DNA of 58,844 nucleotides, the filler included, from Asterionella formosa (taxonomy: Eukaryota): the NCBI GenBank assembly GCA_002256025.1. It is 6 parts of 6 records of this genome, joined end to end, with 100 filler letters (N's around TTAATTAATTAA, not from the genome) between each part and the next. Parts side by side here need not be neighbours in the genome. Positions count along the whole stretch, not along the records: positions 29,552 to 39,267 come from NKIB01010287.1; positions 39,368 to 49,058 come from NKIB01010307.1; 4 more parts are not named here. One strand, given 5' to 3'. Below are positions 33,881 to 45,897 of the stretch, in pieces (the first letter of the stretch is position 1; each line of letters begins with the position of its first letter). Position numbers and translations under genes: made by a program. The notes under the pieces are model-generated. The model was not told where the DNA came from. It made no database searches and was given only the letters and a program-made list of their open reading frames with translations.

Positions 33881-36800
33881 CTAGCTTAGCATCTTTGCTA
33901 AATTGAATTGTTGTCTGGAAATCGCTATCAAGTTGGTCAGATCATCTGATCGAAGCGGAGCTCTGAGAATACGTTGCGACAAATGGTCCAATAAAGTAGT
34001 GCAGGCAAAGTCTGGATGCATCATTTTCATGGCCGATAGAACAAAATGAAAGCCATCTAGAGTCAAGAAAAAACAATCCATTTTGCCTAAGAATGCCTTT
34101 CCATCCCGTTTTCTACTTTCCATGATGCGTGAGGTGATCAAGCGGTGCGAATACCGGACCAAGTTATCAATACATCTGACTAAAAAGATTGGATTCTTCG
34201 ATGCACCCCCACTCAATCCATTACGCAAGTATTCTCCTGATTTAATGGCGCTCAGCATCATCATTTGATAAAAGTTCGATGCAATTACGTCAGGACTATT
34301 GATTTCGGGATCAAAAAGGAGAGACTGGCATCTCGGTCTGACAAAAGACTTGATTCGAATCTCAAATGTCTTTCCTTCGTCAGAAAACCGATCAATAGTC
34401 AGCCCATGGATAGCATTTCGATGAGCAAACCTTGAGTAATCGACGTGAACTTCACCCGTCGACCTATCAAAAAGTAGACCACACCATGGAAAGCACTCAC
34501 TGCCCGAGTAGTCTTTAATAGTTCCGTCTTCCAATAACAATTCACTCCCATCAGAATTCGTGATTGCAGCAGAGTAGCTTGTCAGTGTTTTTTGTTTGTT
34601 TATATATACACCAAGCTCACTGCTCCCGTTCGACATGCGCTGAACAAAATCAAGCGAGACATCACGATTTGTTGTGATCAATAGGAAATCATCAACAATT
34701 CTGACCAAAAGGTGCTGCCCTATTTTTCCTGCAATGTTGCTGTCGCCCACGAGACCAGTATTTGACAACAGCTTCTGTTCCATTTGGCAGTAGTAGAAAT
34801 TACAGAGAAGGGATGATATTTTGCTCCCTTGGGGGATTCCTCGTTTTTGTAGAAGCATGCGACTTCCGTATCTACCATCTATAAGAATCAAGTGACTAAA
34901 TAGATGCTCTTCAAGGCACTTTAGCATGTCATTTTTGGTTGTAATGGTGCTACCCCCCGTGTCCACAAAAATAGAATGCTCATGATGCATTGAAAGATCA
35001 ATGGCAGCTTTATGAAAACGAATGTACTCCTCTGGAGGCCCCACCTTGTGAATTTTCCTTCTAGAAATGCGACCCATGCTGGTGAACGGATGAAATACTG
35101 CATGCTTATTAATCAAGTAGTGATCATGAGAGAATAGTGCTGGCAGATATGAGAACAAATGGTCTTGTCTGATGTTGTCATAACATTGTTGAATATCTAC
35201 ACTTGCAAAGTAAAGTTGAGTTCCATGTGCAAGAGCCTTATTGCCAGTAGAGGTATTGCTACGAACTTTTGCCAAGAATTCACAAAAGAGGGGCATGAGC
35301 TCATTCAAGCCATAAATCCCTGACCCAAATATATGTGGCTTCTGAGATCTTTCGTATCGAAGGACCTCGAACGTATTTTCGAGCGCAAAGTTAGTTGACT
35401 GATATTTTGTTTCGTTTGATCTCCTCTTTTTACGTGGACGAAAGAAGCTGTGAGTGCCTCCTATTGGATCCGCACAGACTTCTCCAATGGAATCTTCAAA
35501 ATCCAAAAAAACACGTTGGTTTAACATAGCAACGGGGCGAACACCCGTTTGTTTTGGAAAGAGACGTAGCCGTGAGAATCCCATGCCTTGCCTGTGAATT
35601 CGTTTAATGGCTTCCTCGCGAGAAATTTCTGAGTATTGGCAAGACAGCAGTTTCTTCACGGACAAACATCGAAATAATGACCAGACAGGTTTACGATAGT
35701 AAAGAGTGAGCTTGGCACTAAACTCACTTTCAGTCACGTAAAAGAGGGAACGAAGCAAAGGAACTAAGTAACGGCAAAACACCCATCGCATTACAAGCCA
35801 TAATCGCAAGGTAGCAACTTCATGATCGGATTTCGTATATTTTCCATCAGCCTCTCTCCAAAGCCAATGCACATCCTTTACTTTGATATCCTCCATGAGC
35901 TTCTTGTTCGTAAATTGTTCTCGTCTGCGCAAAAAAACGAAGACTTCCACCTTTTGCAGTATTTGATGAAAATTGCGACTTGATCCCCAAAATTCTCTGG
36001 GAAATACTTTTTTCAAGACAGTCCGTAAAAATGAGATGACTCCGTGATTTGGTGTGTGTGACAATGCCAAGTCAGACAGTTTCAGATCCGAGGAAGATGA
36101 ATTATCCTTTGTACAGAACTCCGGTAGAGGGCAAAAACGATTCAAGATTCGTGCGTAATCACACTTCGTGTGACTTCCAAAGATACCCGTCAACATCTTT
36201 TCTTGCTGGTTTTGGATGATCCTCCTACTCCCCTTGCCAATATCTAGAGGAAATATAGAATAAGCTAATGATTTGACATCCACCGGTCCATTCAGCACGT
36301 GAGGTGAGGGTAGTCCAATTTTCGGCGAAAAAGCGCTATTATAGAAGATTGTAGATCGTGGAATGACGGCATTTTGATCCCACCGCCAGGATTTGCAAGA
36401 AGGAGCTCGTTTCCCTCGTAAATTTTGCAGCGCGGGCCCGGACAAAAGCAAATAGTTTCCTCTGGCTTGTGCAACTGGTAGAAATATGCTCGTATGAAGC
36501 AAAAGTAGACGCATCATGTCGTCACCGATCAAGCTGTGAATTCGTTTCGCATATGGCGAAGTCTTGCAAAAGGATACGTTGTCATTTACTTGCTTGCAAA
36601 GTATTCCTGGATTCGTTGCCTTTGTTAGGCACGGCCGAATCTTTTGTCTGGAAATCTCTGCTGAATCAATAACAAATCCTTGCGCCAAAACATTGCGATT
36701 TCCTGTCCTTTGTTGCACAAGATTCCAAATGACATCGTCCACCAAATCGTGCAGTGCTTCGTGGCACGAGACTGATCGTAGCTTTGTTTTGACAGTCAAC

Positions 36801-37048
36801 CCTTCTGACGGGGATACCCAAGTTTGGTGGATGCGTTCGTCTACTTCGGAATTCTCCTGGAAGGCTATTTTAGGAAGGGACGGTGCGTACATACGAATAA
36901 AGTCCGGCAAAGGAAAAATTTTCGCCCTTGGACCCAGGATCGCTCTGATTGTTCCTGGAATCTGTTTGCCGTCGCTACCTACGTCAACGTTATCGCCTGA
37001 TATTGCAAAATGCTCCTTGTTTCGTCTTCTTCTTCGTTTCCCTGCCAT
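33881..37048 (-). CDS. TERT: Telomerase reverse transcriptase, intronless, 1055 aa
   Basis: TEN (NVLAQGF, IGDDMM..LL), CP (DYARILNRFCP), QFP (VISFL..FPREFWGS), T motif (FYVTES...YYRKPVW), 1/2 (LRLFPK, VRPV), A (VDIQQCYD), B' (GIPQGS), C (RIVDDFLLIT), D (INKQKT) and E (PWCG) are all present and in order. Confidence 0.97.
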   Translation of the reverse strand: MAGKRRRRRNKEHFAISGDNVDVGSDGKQIPGTIRAILGPRAKIFPLPDFIRMYAPSLPKIAFQENSEVDERIHQTWVSPSEGLTVKTKLRSVSCHEALHDLVDDVIWNLVQQRTGNRNVLAQGFVIDSAEISRQKIRPCLTKATNPGILCKQVNDNVSFCKTSPYAKRIHSLIGDDMMRLLLLHTSIFLPVAQARGNYLLLSGPALQNLRGKRAPSCKSWRWDQNAVIPRSTIFYNSAFSPKIGLPSPHVLNGPVDVKSLAYSIFPLDIGKGSRRIIQNQQEKMLTGIFGSHTKCDYARILNRFCPLPEFCTKDNSSSSDLKLSDLALSHTPNHGVISFLRTVLKKVFPREFWGSSRNFHQILQKVEVFVFLRRREQFTNKKLMEDIKVKDVHWLWREADGKYTKSDHEVATLRLWLVMRWVFCRYLVPLLRSLFYVTESEFSAKLTLYYRKPVWSLFRCLSVKKLLSCQYSEISREEAIKRIHRQGMGFSRLRLFPKQTGVRPVAMLNQRVFLDFEDSIGEVCADPIGGTHSFFRPRKKRRSNETKYQSTNFALENTFEVLRYERSQKPHIFGSGIYGLNELMPLFCEFLAKVRSNTSTGNKALAHGTQLYFASVDIQQCYDNIRQDHLFSYLPALFSHDHYLINKHAVFHPFTSMGRISRRKIHKVGPPEEYIRFHKAAIDLSMHHEHSIFVDTGGSTITTKNDMLKCLEEHLFSHLILIDGRYGSRMLLQKRGIPQGSKISSLLCNFYYCQMEQKLLSNTGLVGDSNIAGKIGQHLLVRIVDDFLLITTNRDVSLDFVQRMSNGSSELGVYINKQKTLTSYSAAITNSDGSELLLEDGTIKDYSGSECFPWCGLLFDRSTGEVHVDYSRFAHRNAIHGLTIDRFSDEGKTFEIRIKSFVRPRCQSLLFDPEINSPDVIASNFYQMMMLSAIKSGEYLRNGLSGGASKNPIFLVRCIDNLVRYSHRLITSRIMESRKRDGKAFLGKMDCFFLTLDGFHFVLSAMKMMHPDFACTTLLDHLSQRILRAPLRSDDLTNLIAISRQQFNLAKMLS

Positions 37049-39699
37049 TCTCCTAACCTAACACCGGAGAACAGTCTTGGAGCAGGAATTATCGTAAGAA
37101 AAAATGCTCTGGTTCATTTCCGTAGGATCAAAAATCAAGTTTCTGATAAAACAAGTTATGACGTAGACGTTTTATTACAATTTTTGTATGCATCAATAAA
37201 TTGTTGATAATTCGTGAATTCGTCAGCATGGCTTTTGCGGTAAGTTCCTGGACTTTAATTGGACGTGGCGTATTTGCTCCGAACTGCCAACTGTCCAACG
37301 ATATTCTTTAATGTGTGACGGATTCTGATGCTGCATGTTTCCAACTAGGTACTGTATACATAAAATACCGGACGTGAAGATTCATGTACAGTACAGCTAG
37401 ATAAATAGAGAATAATACTGCACGGCTGGACCGTATGCCTTTATGTATATGTGCATTATGGAGTAATGCCGGTACCGGTACCTGTAAGTGGATGTAAGTT
37501 AATTGTACTAAGACTAAACCTTTAGCTTTTTTCTTTATCCCATATTAAATTGTTTATTTAAGCAAAATGGCCGCAACTTGCTAATGGATGCGCAAACATA
37601 CATGTCAGTACGTACATAGAGGTGTGTGATAGAATCTTGTCGGCATGAACTTTTCGTTGTCCTTGTCATTAAATATTGCGAAACCATATGATCGGTCTAC
37701 AGTTTGCCACAGTTCACCTTTGTCATTCCTACAGTATAAAGCGACGATCGCTCATCAAAGCAATCAACCCCATGCTGGATAGTCAATCTCTGATATACTT
37801 GCTAGCTCTTCAGCTAAGTTGTAGTTAAACATTCATCTGCAAATAAAAACCATCATATTCCTATGATGCATCATAGGATTAAGATTATCTGATCATAATT
37901 TTTTGTTATATCATCTAATAATTTTGATAAATGCCCTCGTAATTTAAATAGTAACCCTTTTGACTATGGAAATTTAATTATTATATGTATTGTTTCTTTT
38001 AGGTTCCTTTATTTAAATTTCTTGGTAGGATAATATACCAGTTAAAGTAAAGTGGTTTGGCTCATCATCCTTGCCAGTCCTCACTCTGATTCTTGCAACA
38101 ACTACAAAGTAGCATTGTCGAGAGGAACGATTTGTTTGTGATAAAATCTTCATTTGTTGTTCAAGTCATCATATGTCTTCGATGAATCATCATCTACATT
38201 GTACAGTATGTTCGTACTATGCAATCCGTTAAGAGCTTGAAAAGAAATCCAATGAAAACGAAATGGCTCATCGCACATGACAAATATTTCCGGCCGGTCT
38301 GTCACCAGAGTATCAATAAGTGTTACAACCTCAATCATAGCTAAACAACATCCATTACAGAACAGCACAATCTACTTCTCCATAACATCGTCTCTCTAAC
38401 AAGAACGTAATACATCTAGAATTGAAACGCAGCATAGCAGGCGATATGCACAAAGAAGCATGGGACTGTGCCGTCTATTTATAGTAACAGAGTGATTCTG
38501 GTTTCGTAATTTTCATGTCTCATCAGATTTCCTATGTCATCGTACTAGTTCCTTACCTTTGAAGACAGGAGCGTATCCTTTGATGTATCTGGAATATTTC
38601 AATGGATGGCAGCAGTTGGATTTTGACACAAACCTCGACAAAAGCACTACTTTGTAGATGTTCATGAAAAGCCAGACACTTTGGCCTATCGCCCACCAGC
38701 CAGTCTAAACTGCAAAAATGCAAGAAGCACAAGTTGAATGCCCATTTATTGATTCAAGTTTCAGTAGTGCAACAATGTAAAATATTAGAAACCGGAAGTC
38801 ACATTTCATCTAATTACGGTTTTCAATTTTAATGTTATTGATTGAGAGGAAGCAATGGTAGAATGCCAAATGGGCGGAGGCAAACACAGAGAAGCCTACT
38901 AATTTTTCTCCCCAATGATCCCAGACCCTCTTGGATGTCACTTGCTACAGAAAATGTAGAACAGCCGCCATGATCTGTTGATTGTTGCTGTATGGTTCCA
39001 CTGAACAAAAGCTCCAGAAATCTCAATGAGTTGCTTGTTTCTTGACTTGAATGCAAAAGGGATAAAACCAGTGGAAAAAGCAATAGGGAACTAAAAATTC
39101 TCTGCAAAAATAAGGAAAATTGTGAAAAAGAAATGAATGTTCTTGGGAAGGAAAGTAAAGGGATAATTGCTGGTCTTGCGGGAACAAGAATGAATTGACC
39201 CAAAAAAGAATGTTGACAAATAGGTACCTACCGCCCGGAAAAGGAAGCAATGATTTCGGCATCATCANNNNNNNNNNNNNNNNNNNNNNNNNNNNNNNNN
39301 NNNNNNNNNNNTTAATTAATTAANNNNNNNNNNNNNNNNNNNNNNNNNNNNNNNNNNNNNNNNNNNNGTTTGATCCCTTGTGAAAAAAAGGACCCCAACG
39401 AAGTGTACACTGGTTTCAAACCTTCTTCTAAACGTTCTAGGTCTACTATTGATTAGTTTTCCTTTCTCTTTTCATTCATTTCAATAGAATTTCTGCATCT
39501 ATCCACCTACATAGGTGTATTCGAAATGATTTTTATGTCACAAATCGATTTTTATATTTCAATTTTGCTCTATATTTTAACACACAACAACGTCCTTCAA
39601 AAGCAGATTGCCTCCAACTAAAGATTTACTATGGGGCCTGGATCAAGATAAATCGTAACCTTGCTCTGTTCTTGCACTGTCCGATCTAACAGAATCCTC

Positions 39700-41900
39700 C
39701 AAGGCACCAATCAACCACTTGTCTGGCTACCATCATGATTACTGCTCTGAGACATGGTGCCCTGTAAAAGAAGGAAAAAATGTTAGCAACGGAAAATATC
39801 ATGACAGCCAAGGAAAAAGAAACAAAATTATATCAATGGTTGATGTTGCATGTTGCAACGAAAGTCGAAGTCGAAGGCGAAAAGCTGCTCTCATTGCATC
39901 ATCCCTCTGAAACTCAGATTAATGAGTGAGGCAATGAACAATGCAGTGTCACGAAGATGTCTTAAAAAAGGGTGTTTGCTGGATCCTGTGGCCTGAAATA
40001 ACGAGTTGCTTTGGTTGCCAGGCAGCACACACAAGGAGCTACACAATACACAAAGGATGTGTACAAGCAATGTGGAATGGATATTTCACAACAACTGCAA
40101 GAATCCTTCCGGAGACAAAAGGAAAAGCGATGGAACGACGATGCAGCTCACAAAGCCTGACTCAAACGGAAAAGGAAATGAGCGAAACAAAACGAAAAAA
40201 TACATACCACACGATTTGAAACAATTCAACAAGAAAGAAGAAAAAAAGCTCTACCCAATGTAGACCTGCATCGTTATTTAGCATCAATGGTCTGGTTGCT
40301 GCAACCATGCGCATCGCTGTAGTAGCCTGACACCAGTAGCAGTATTTCCGCCACAGTCATTCCTCTCCGCTGCCCACCAAACAGGCAACCCTAATCATTC
40401 CATTCTGAGCAAGCATGATCGCCACGCTGCTCCAGCACTATTGACTCTCTCTAGCTGAGTATTCATGTAGCTTCTGATACGAACTCGCAGTAGAAATGTA
40501 GCAAAGCGCGTTAGTACAAGAAAATAATTGCTTGGCGGCAATATTGACATCACTGTCAATGACTATACGAATCAACAACGGCACAATAGCACATCTTCAA
40601 GATGATGATGGTACGCATTCACTCCCATTGCGAGGAAGCCCTTCGATCGAAAGAAGGACACCATAAGAGCGCCATGGTTCAGGCCTCCCACATGTCCCAT
40701 ATCAATAGCCTTCTTTAGTAAGAAAGGTTTGAACAATATGTTTTTTTAAACTTGTTGACGGCATTGTGCTAACAATTCATTCTTGAACAGGGGTCCTTTG
40801 AAGATGTTGTAGTTGAATACAGCATCAAGGAAGATGCTCTGTATTTTACTTCCCCATTTATGAAATAAAAGAATCTTCAGGAGGTTCAAGATTACAACTC
40901 CAATACTAGTAGCCGATGGGAGTGACCAACGTTGGGTAGACAAAGTAGGTACATCATGAACTGTCATAATTTAATTGTCACATCGTTCAGTCATGACTGT
41001 ATCTAACTCTTGTGTTCTTCCTCCTTCCAGCCCTTTGATCCTCTCCTCTAGCAGCACATTTTCTGCTCTTAATTGTTCTTTGCTGATTGTTGGACTGTAG
41101 CAGTCATCATTTGTCAATGAAATTCCTTGGAGGTTCCGAAATGGATTGTCAAAAAGAGGAATAAGGTTCTTTGAGTTGGGTTCCTCCATGTCATCAGTGG
41201 TAGTATCATCAGCAACAATGTGAGACCAATTGCGCTTCGTTCCAGATCGTAGTGATCTCTTCCTGTCAGTAATAATCTCCGTGCATGGGGAACACCAATT
41301 TTCTCCTTGATTATTCATCAGAGGCCAAGTTGGAGAAGCAATTTCTGGGGTTTTGGTATCAGACGATGAAGGAGGTGTTTCACAGGGGACAGATGGTGCT
41401 TCTTGACCCTCTGAGAAGCTGGAGTAGGTCACCTTTATGTGAATTAGAGGTCGATGTTTTGGCTTCTTGTTGGATGTGATGGTAGACTCAATCAATGACA
41501 ATATTAATCTGCAAATGCATCCGCTTTTTGTCTTTGTTCTGTTCTAGCTGCACTAACGTATAACCAGCTTCTTCCTTTCTTTGCTGTCTAAAATTGTCGC
41601 ATTCATGGCATGACTTTATCCTATTTCTAAGGCAATAGGCCTTTGGAATAGAAGAGCAAAACAAACCAATAGGTAGAGTAATTGACTCTTCAATTAGTGT
41701 CGTCATGGTAAAGGTATTTTATCAAGCCTCACCACTATGCTGAAACTACTTCTACATGATGTTTCTATGTCAAAACATGCATGGGCTAAAACTCCAAAAA
41801 ATATTATTATTGTTACTTCGCGATTTTCAACTTCTTCATCTTTCAGCCAATCTTAACCACATTTCAGACTTAAGCTCGTATTAGCTTAAGAAATCGTTTT
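39700..41900. mobile_element. Probable decayed DNA-transposon region
   Basis: 40203-40338 is homologous to 19505-19633 of the GCAATTCCC family. Fragment HHDYCSETWCP resembles the H..C...WC motif of Mutator-like transposases. No long ORF. Confidence 0.35.
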
Positions 41901-42643
41901 CGATTGACCCCGCATTTCTTCTCTCTTGATTGCAGAGATGAAACAAAAAATATTTAGCTGTAAACAATGCGGAGAAGTTAGAATTCTTTTTACCACCAAA
42001 AGTAATTGCCCTTATAGTCGCATAAATTATGAAGCACAAAAGTGTGTCAAAAATTCACTTCAATGTGTACAAGCACGTTTTCCTTATGTCCCCGGTACCA
42101 GGTACTCTGGAGTACTGTAGTACTTAGTAGTACCGGTACATGAGGTCTAGAAAGTGCAATATAGCCCTGTTATTTAAATAAGTAATAGTTAGGATCACTT
42201 TTTGGTTTAAAATTTCTTATTCATACAGCTAAAATAAATTCTTTATTCATGGGGTGCTATATTTAGTGGGTTAATACCTGACTGGTGTGCAGTTCAGATT
42301 AATCTACCTGTATTTCTAAACTTAACATGCATTTTTCTTGTGTATATTTTTAGGTGATGTGAAGGTGCACTACAGGAAACTGAGCATCATCGATTTTTGC
42401 CTAAGAAACAAGCAATTATATAAGCACCTACCGGTATGCTATCCCCCTGTTGTGAAAACAAATAACAACCACAAGTATACCTATCCATGTAATAAGTGAA
42501 AGCTAATGTTGTGGCAACTACCTTCCGCTTTACTGGAGTTCAGAACTTTTCTCTGGAGAAGCATCTGAGCCGATCTTCATAAAAGGCATTTGCGATGGGA
42601 ATTACAATCCCAAAGGCAATAAGGATTTCCTCTGTAGTAAAAT

Positions 42644-44560
42644 TTACTGATTGGGCACCTGTGAATGACAGCGGGACCCGTAATTTATTGGGAAGGCCAG
42701 GCGGAGCAATGAGTCTGACTCGGTTGTCGAATCGACACCAGAATCAGAACCATCAACTTCTATCACCGCCAAAGAGTGCTGTCTGCTCCTACTTCGTCGC
42801 TGCCGGCGAGCACGGCAATCCCTAGAAAGTGGCCAAATAACCAATGCTGCAACAGTAATCAAACTGATCAGACAATACACCAAGGCGCGATAATGGCTCA
42901 AGAATCTGTGGACGGTAAGACATTCAAACCAAACATTTGGTTGGTATGTGAGAGGAGCCAGGAAGAAAAACAAAAAGCAGCATCAACGTTATGAGTGCAC
43001 CGCTTACCCCTCAATTTCATGACAGGTTTCCATAATCTTGAATCCAAACAGAGAGTCACAACTATAGAATACACTTTCTTCCAAAGACTTGTTGTTGGAT
43101 CCATGATTGTTGCTATAGTCGTACTTGTGATCTATTCCACCAGCATTGCCAGCCAGGAGGACTCCTCCCAACGCAACCGATGGATTCTTTGCAATCCCAC
43201 AGACTCCAGGGACATTTTTTCGACCGTTTCCCCTTTTGACACGAACAAACCCATCTTCACCCCATTCGCGCCCCCAGCTATTTCGAGCAATCCAGTATTT
43301 CATCACGGTACCATCGTCAAGATCGTCTTGTCCGTACCCCACAATCAGCATAGCATGATTGGCCGATTGGTCACAGTTAACACTATCGAAGATGCCCCCC
43401 TTATATGCCAAAAATGTTGGATCCGCCCCATTCAGACCAACTGCGACGGGACCAACATCTCGGATAACCATTTCCATGTTGTCTTCATGGTTTGAGGTTA
43501 GCAATCCCCAAGCTTCAACGGTAGCAATAGGATTTGGGAGTTTGGAGAAACGGCAAATACTTTGTTTTCCTATATACGGGTAGTTCAATGTTGACGTAAG
43601 TCCATACCGATGAATGAAGTAAAATGCCAGCAGCGGATTCCCTCCCGTACATCCGTCATCAATTGCTGTGTCACAGTCCAGCAACTCTTGTACGGACAAG
43701 TCAGCGATACGAATCGAGTTCCGTTCCGAATTTTGAGCTTTAGAAACTGCATTGTCTTGTTGCTTCTGTGTGGCTGCTTGATACGCTTGGAATGCTTTTC
43801 TACGGGAAGCACTGGCTTCCAGGGTGCCTGTTGCAGCCCATGCCCAACACGACCCGCATATCCCTTGATCAGTCGCTGGATGTACAATAGATATTCCATC
43901 AGGATTGTTTGCAGTAGCCCAGTTCAACGACTTGGTGAATGAATCTTCAAAATCAAGGATATGGGTAGAAGTTTCGTCGATAATCTGACCGATTGGTCGA
44001 GTATGGTCTTGATGTTGCAAGGTATCTATACGGTCATTTGTCAAGTTGGGAGCCTTCCATTCGTTCATCTGATCATCTAAACTAGCGTGTCCCAGTTCAT
44101 TCCGATTGCGGTGCTTGCGGAGCCTTTTGAGAAGTCTTTCATTGCTGCGGTTGATTTCATTAGAAGCAATCATATTGGCAGCCCATTGAATGGAATCCTT
44201 GTCGTTTAGATGTATGATGCGATTGTCGTTTCTTGATTCAATGTCCACCCAACTGCTTAACGGGGGATTGGAGTCAGCAAACTGATTGAGCGTCAATGTA
44301 TGATTCTTCCCCTTCCGAGAATTGTGTCGATGCACATGTAGGACGCTCGTTAGAAACCTTTCATTCCAAACCCAACTTGATGGTGTCGATCGCTTATAGT
44401 GCTTCATAAAGAGGTCTTGAAGCGTTCGACAAGAGTGATCGCTTCCGTTTGCTTCTTTTGTGATCAAATCCTCTTTCGCTCCAACGATTCTGTAAACTAC
44501 GGGAGAAGTAGCGCATTCATGAAGGAGACTGTCATCGTATTCGAAAGCTTTCGAACTCAT
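42644..44560 (-). CDS. Papain-family (C1A) cysteine protease with C-terminal transmembrane helix; exons 44560-43008 and 42905-42644
   Basis: DQGICGSCWAW (Q, C), LSVQELLDCD, GCTGG, NHAMLIVGYG (H), WIARNSWG (N) and propeptide LNQFAD. A GT-AG intron at 42906-43007 joins in frame to FLSHYRALVYCLISLITVAALVIWP. Confidence 0.9.
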
Positions 44561-45652
44561 TAGCGCGATCGTCGTACTTTATTCGTCTTCTTTCTCTCTC
44601 AAGATGCTTCTTGCAGTTCTTGCTGTATACTGCGTACTGTAAGCAGTGAATAATGACAGCGACCTTTTCGCTTTCGAGTCGTGACAGATGAAGGTAAATA
44701 AAGTGATCAATACAGGAGTGTTGGACGGCCGATGGAATGAGCCGTCAGACATAGTCGTGTGTGGTTGTTGCCAATTGTTCCTGAATTGATGGAATGATCT
44801 CATAACTCCCAATCTTACCGGTATTACCAGGTACTACATATTATTGTGCCTAACATCATCATGCTACCAAAGGTACCAGGTACAAATTGAAACAGAAGTC
44901 AAATGAATCTTGTTTGTGTCTCCAAATTAGTCCAGACTTAACCTTTTTGGGTCTACCGGTAGTCATGAACAAGAGTCAATCTTTACTCATACATGAATCA
45001 ATCTTAGACCTTTCAAGTGGACATAACTGTTGTGGTATGCAGAAGAAGGTCCAGTAAACACGAATTTTACTTAAAGAAAGATTAAGCTAAAGTTCTTGAA
45101 TACCGGACCTTCCAAAGTATAAATTGTGCATGTTGCTCAATTGCACCTCTGGTATTTTCTGAGTCCTCTGCATAATATACCCTGGTATAAATATGTTACA
45201 GACATGTACTTCTACTCTAAATTCCTATTAAGGTTCCTGCATTTTGAAACCCCTAGCTCGAATAGGGTTACAAAGATAATATTGATTCAGACCACTTCAG
45301 TGTTGTGGACCCCCCTATTGTTGTGACATGGTTGGTGGAAAGCCCCTGGAAGGTCCAGTAAAATATTTTTTCACTTATGAAAAGAGAAAGCTAAAATTCT
45401 CAATTACCTTGACCCTCCATTACATTTTCTCAAGGCGTTAATTCTATCGGCCCTCATAGACACTGTTTGATGATTATTTAGCTAAAAAATCAATTCTTTC
45501 ATTTGTAAAAAACACTGCAGCATACCAGTCATCTCTGCCTTGACCATCACGAAAACAACAAATCTCTCAATGAAAACTGAGAACATCGCTTTGCTATTTG
45601 ATACATTAATCAGGAACAATATAGAAAATGCAATTGTAAAAGAATTAATTTT

Positions 45653-45897
45653 ATAGTCAGCAGTTTGTAGTCATACTAGCCAGCAATTTCAAGTCATTGT
45701 CAGCAGATTTCTTGTTGCATGTACTCCGGGGGTAGAGGTTGTGTTGATTCATGTCTATACTCCATAGGCATAAGGTTTCATTCAGAAAATCTACCGGTTT
45801 TCTTATTTGCAAGTTCTAGTCGTTGTCAGCAGATTCTAGTCATAGTCGGCAAGTTCTAGTCGTAGTCAGCATATTCTAGTCATTGTCAGCAAGTTCT
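45653..45897 (+). repeat. ~20-bp minisatellite blocks, same unit as 23853-23960
   Basis: Four clear tandem units at 45809-45897 (gcaagttctagtcgtagtca) plus diverged units at 45653-45712. Confidence 0.85.

Noticed and set aside
37052..37061. TTAGGTTAGG immediately upstream of the TERT ATG
   Set aside because: Only two 5-mers. Similar sequence occurs near 1843 and 2118, so chance is likely, and the telomere repeat of this organism is unknown.
40387..40394. AACCCTAA as a possible telomerase RNA template
   Set aside because: Too short, lies in TE-related sequence, and I see no supporting promoter, terminator or structure.
45653..45897. CRISPR array
   Set aside because: Adjacent tandem units without unique spacers, no cas genes, eukaryotic context.
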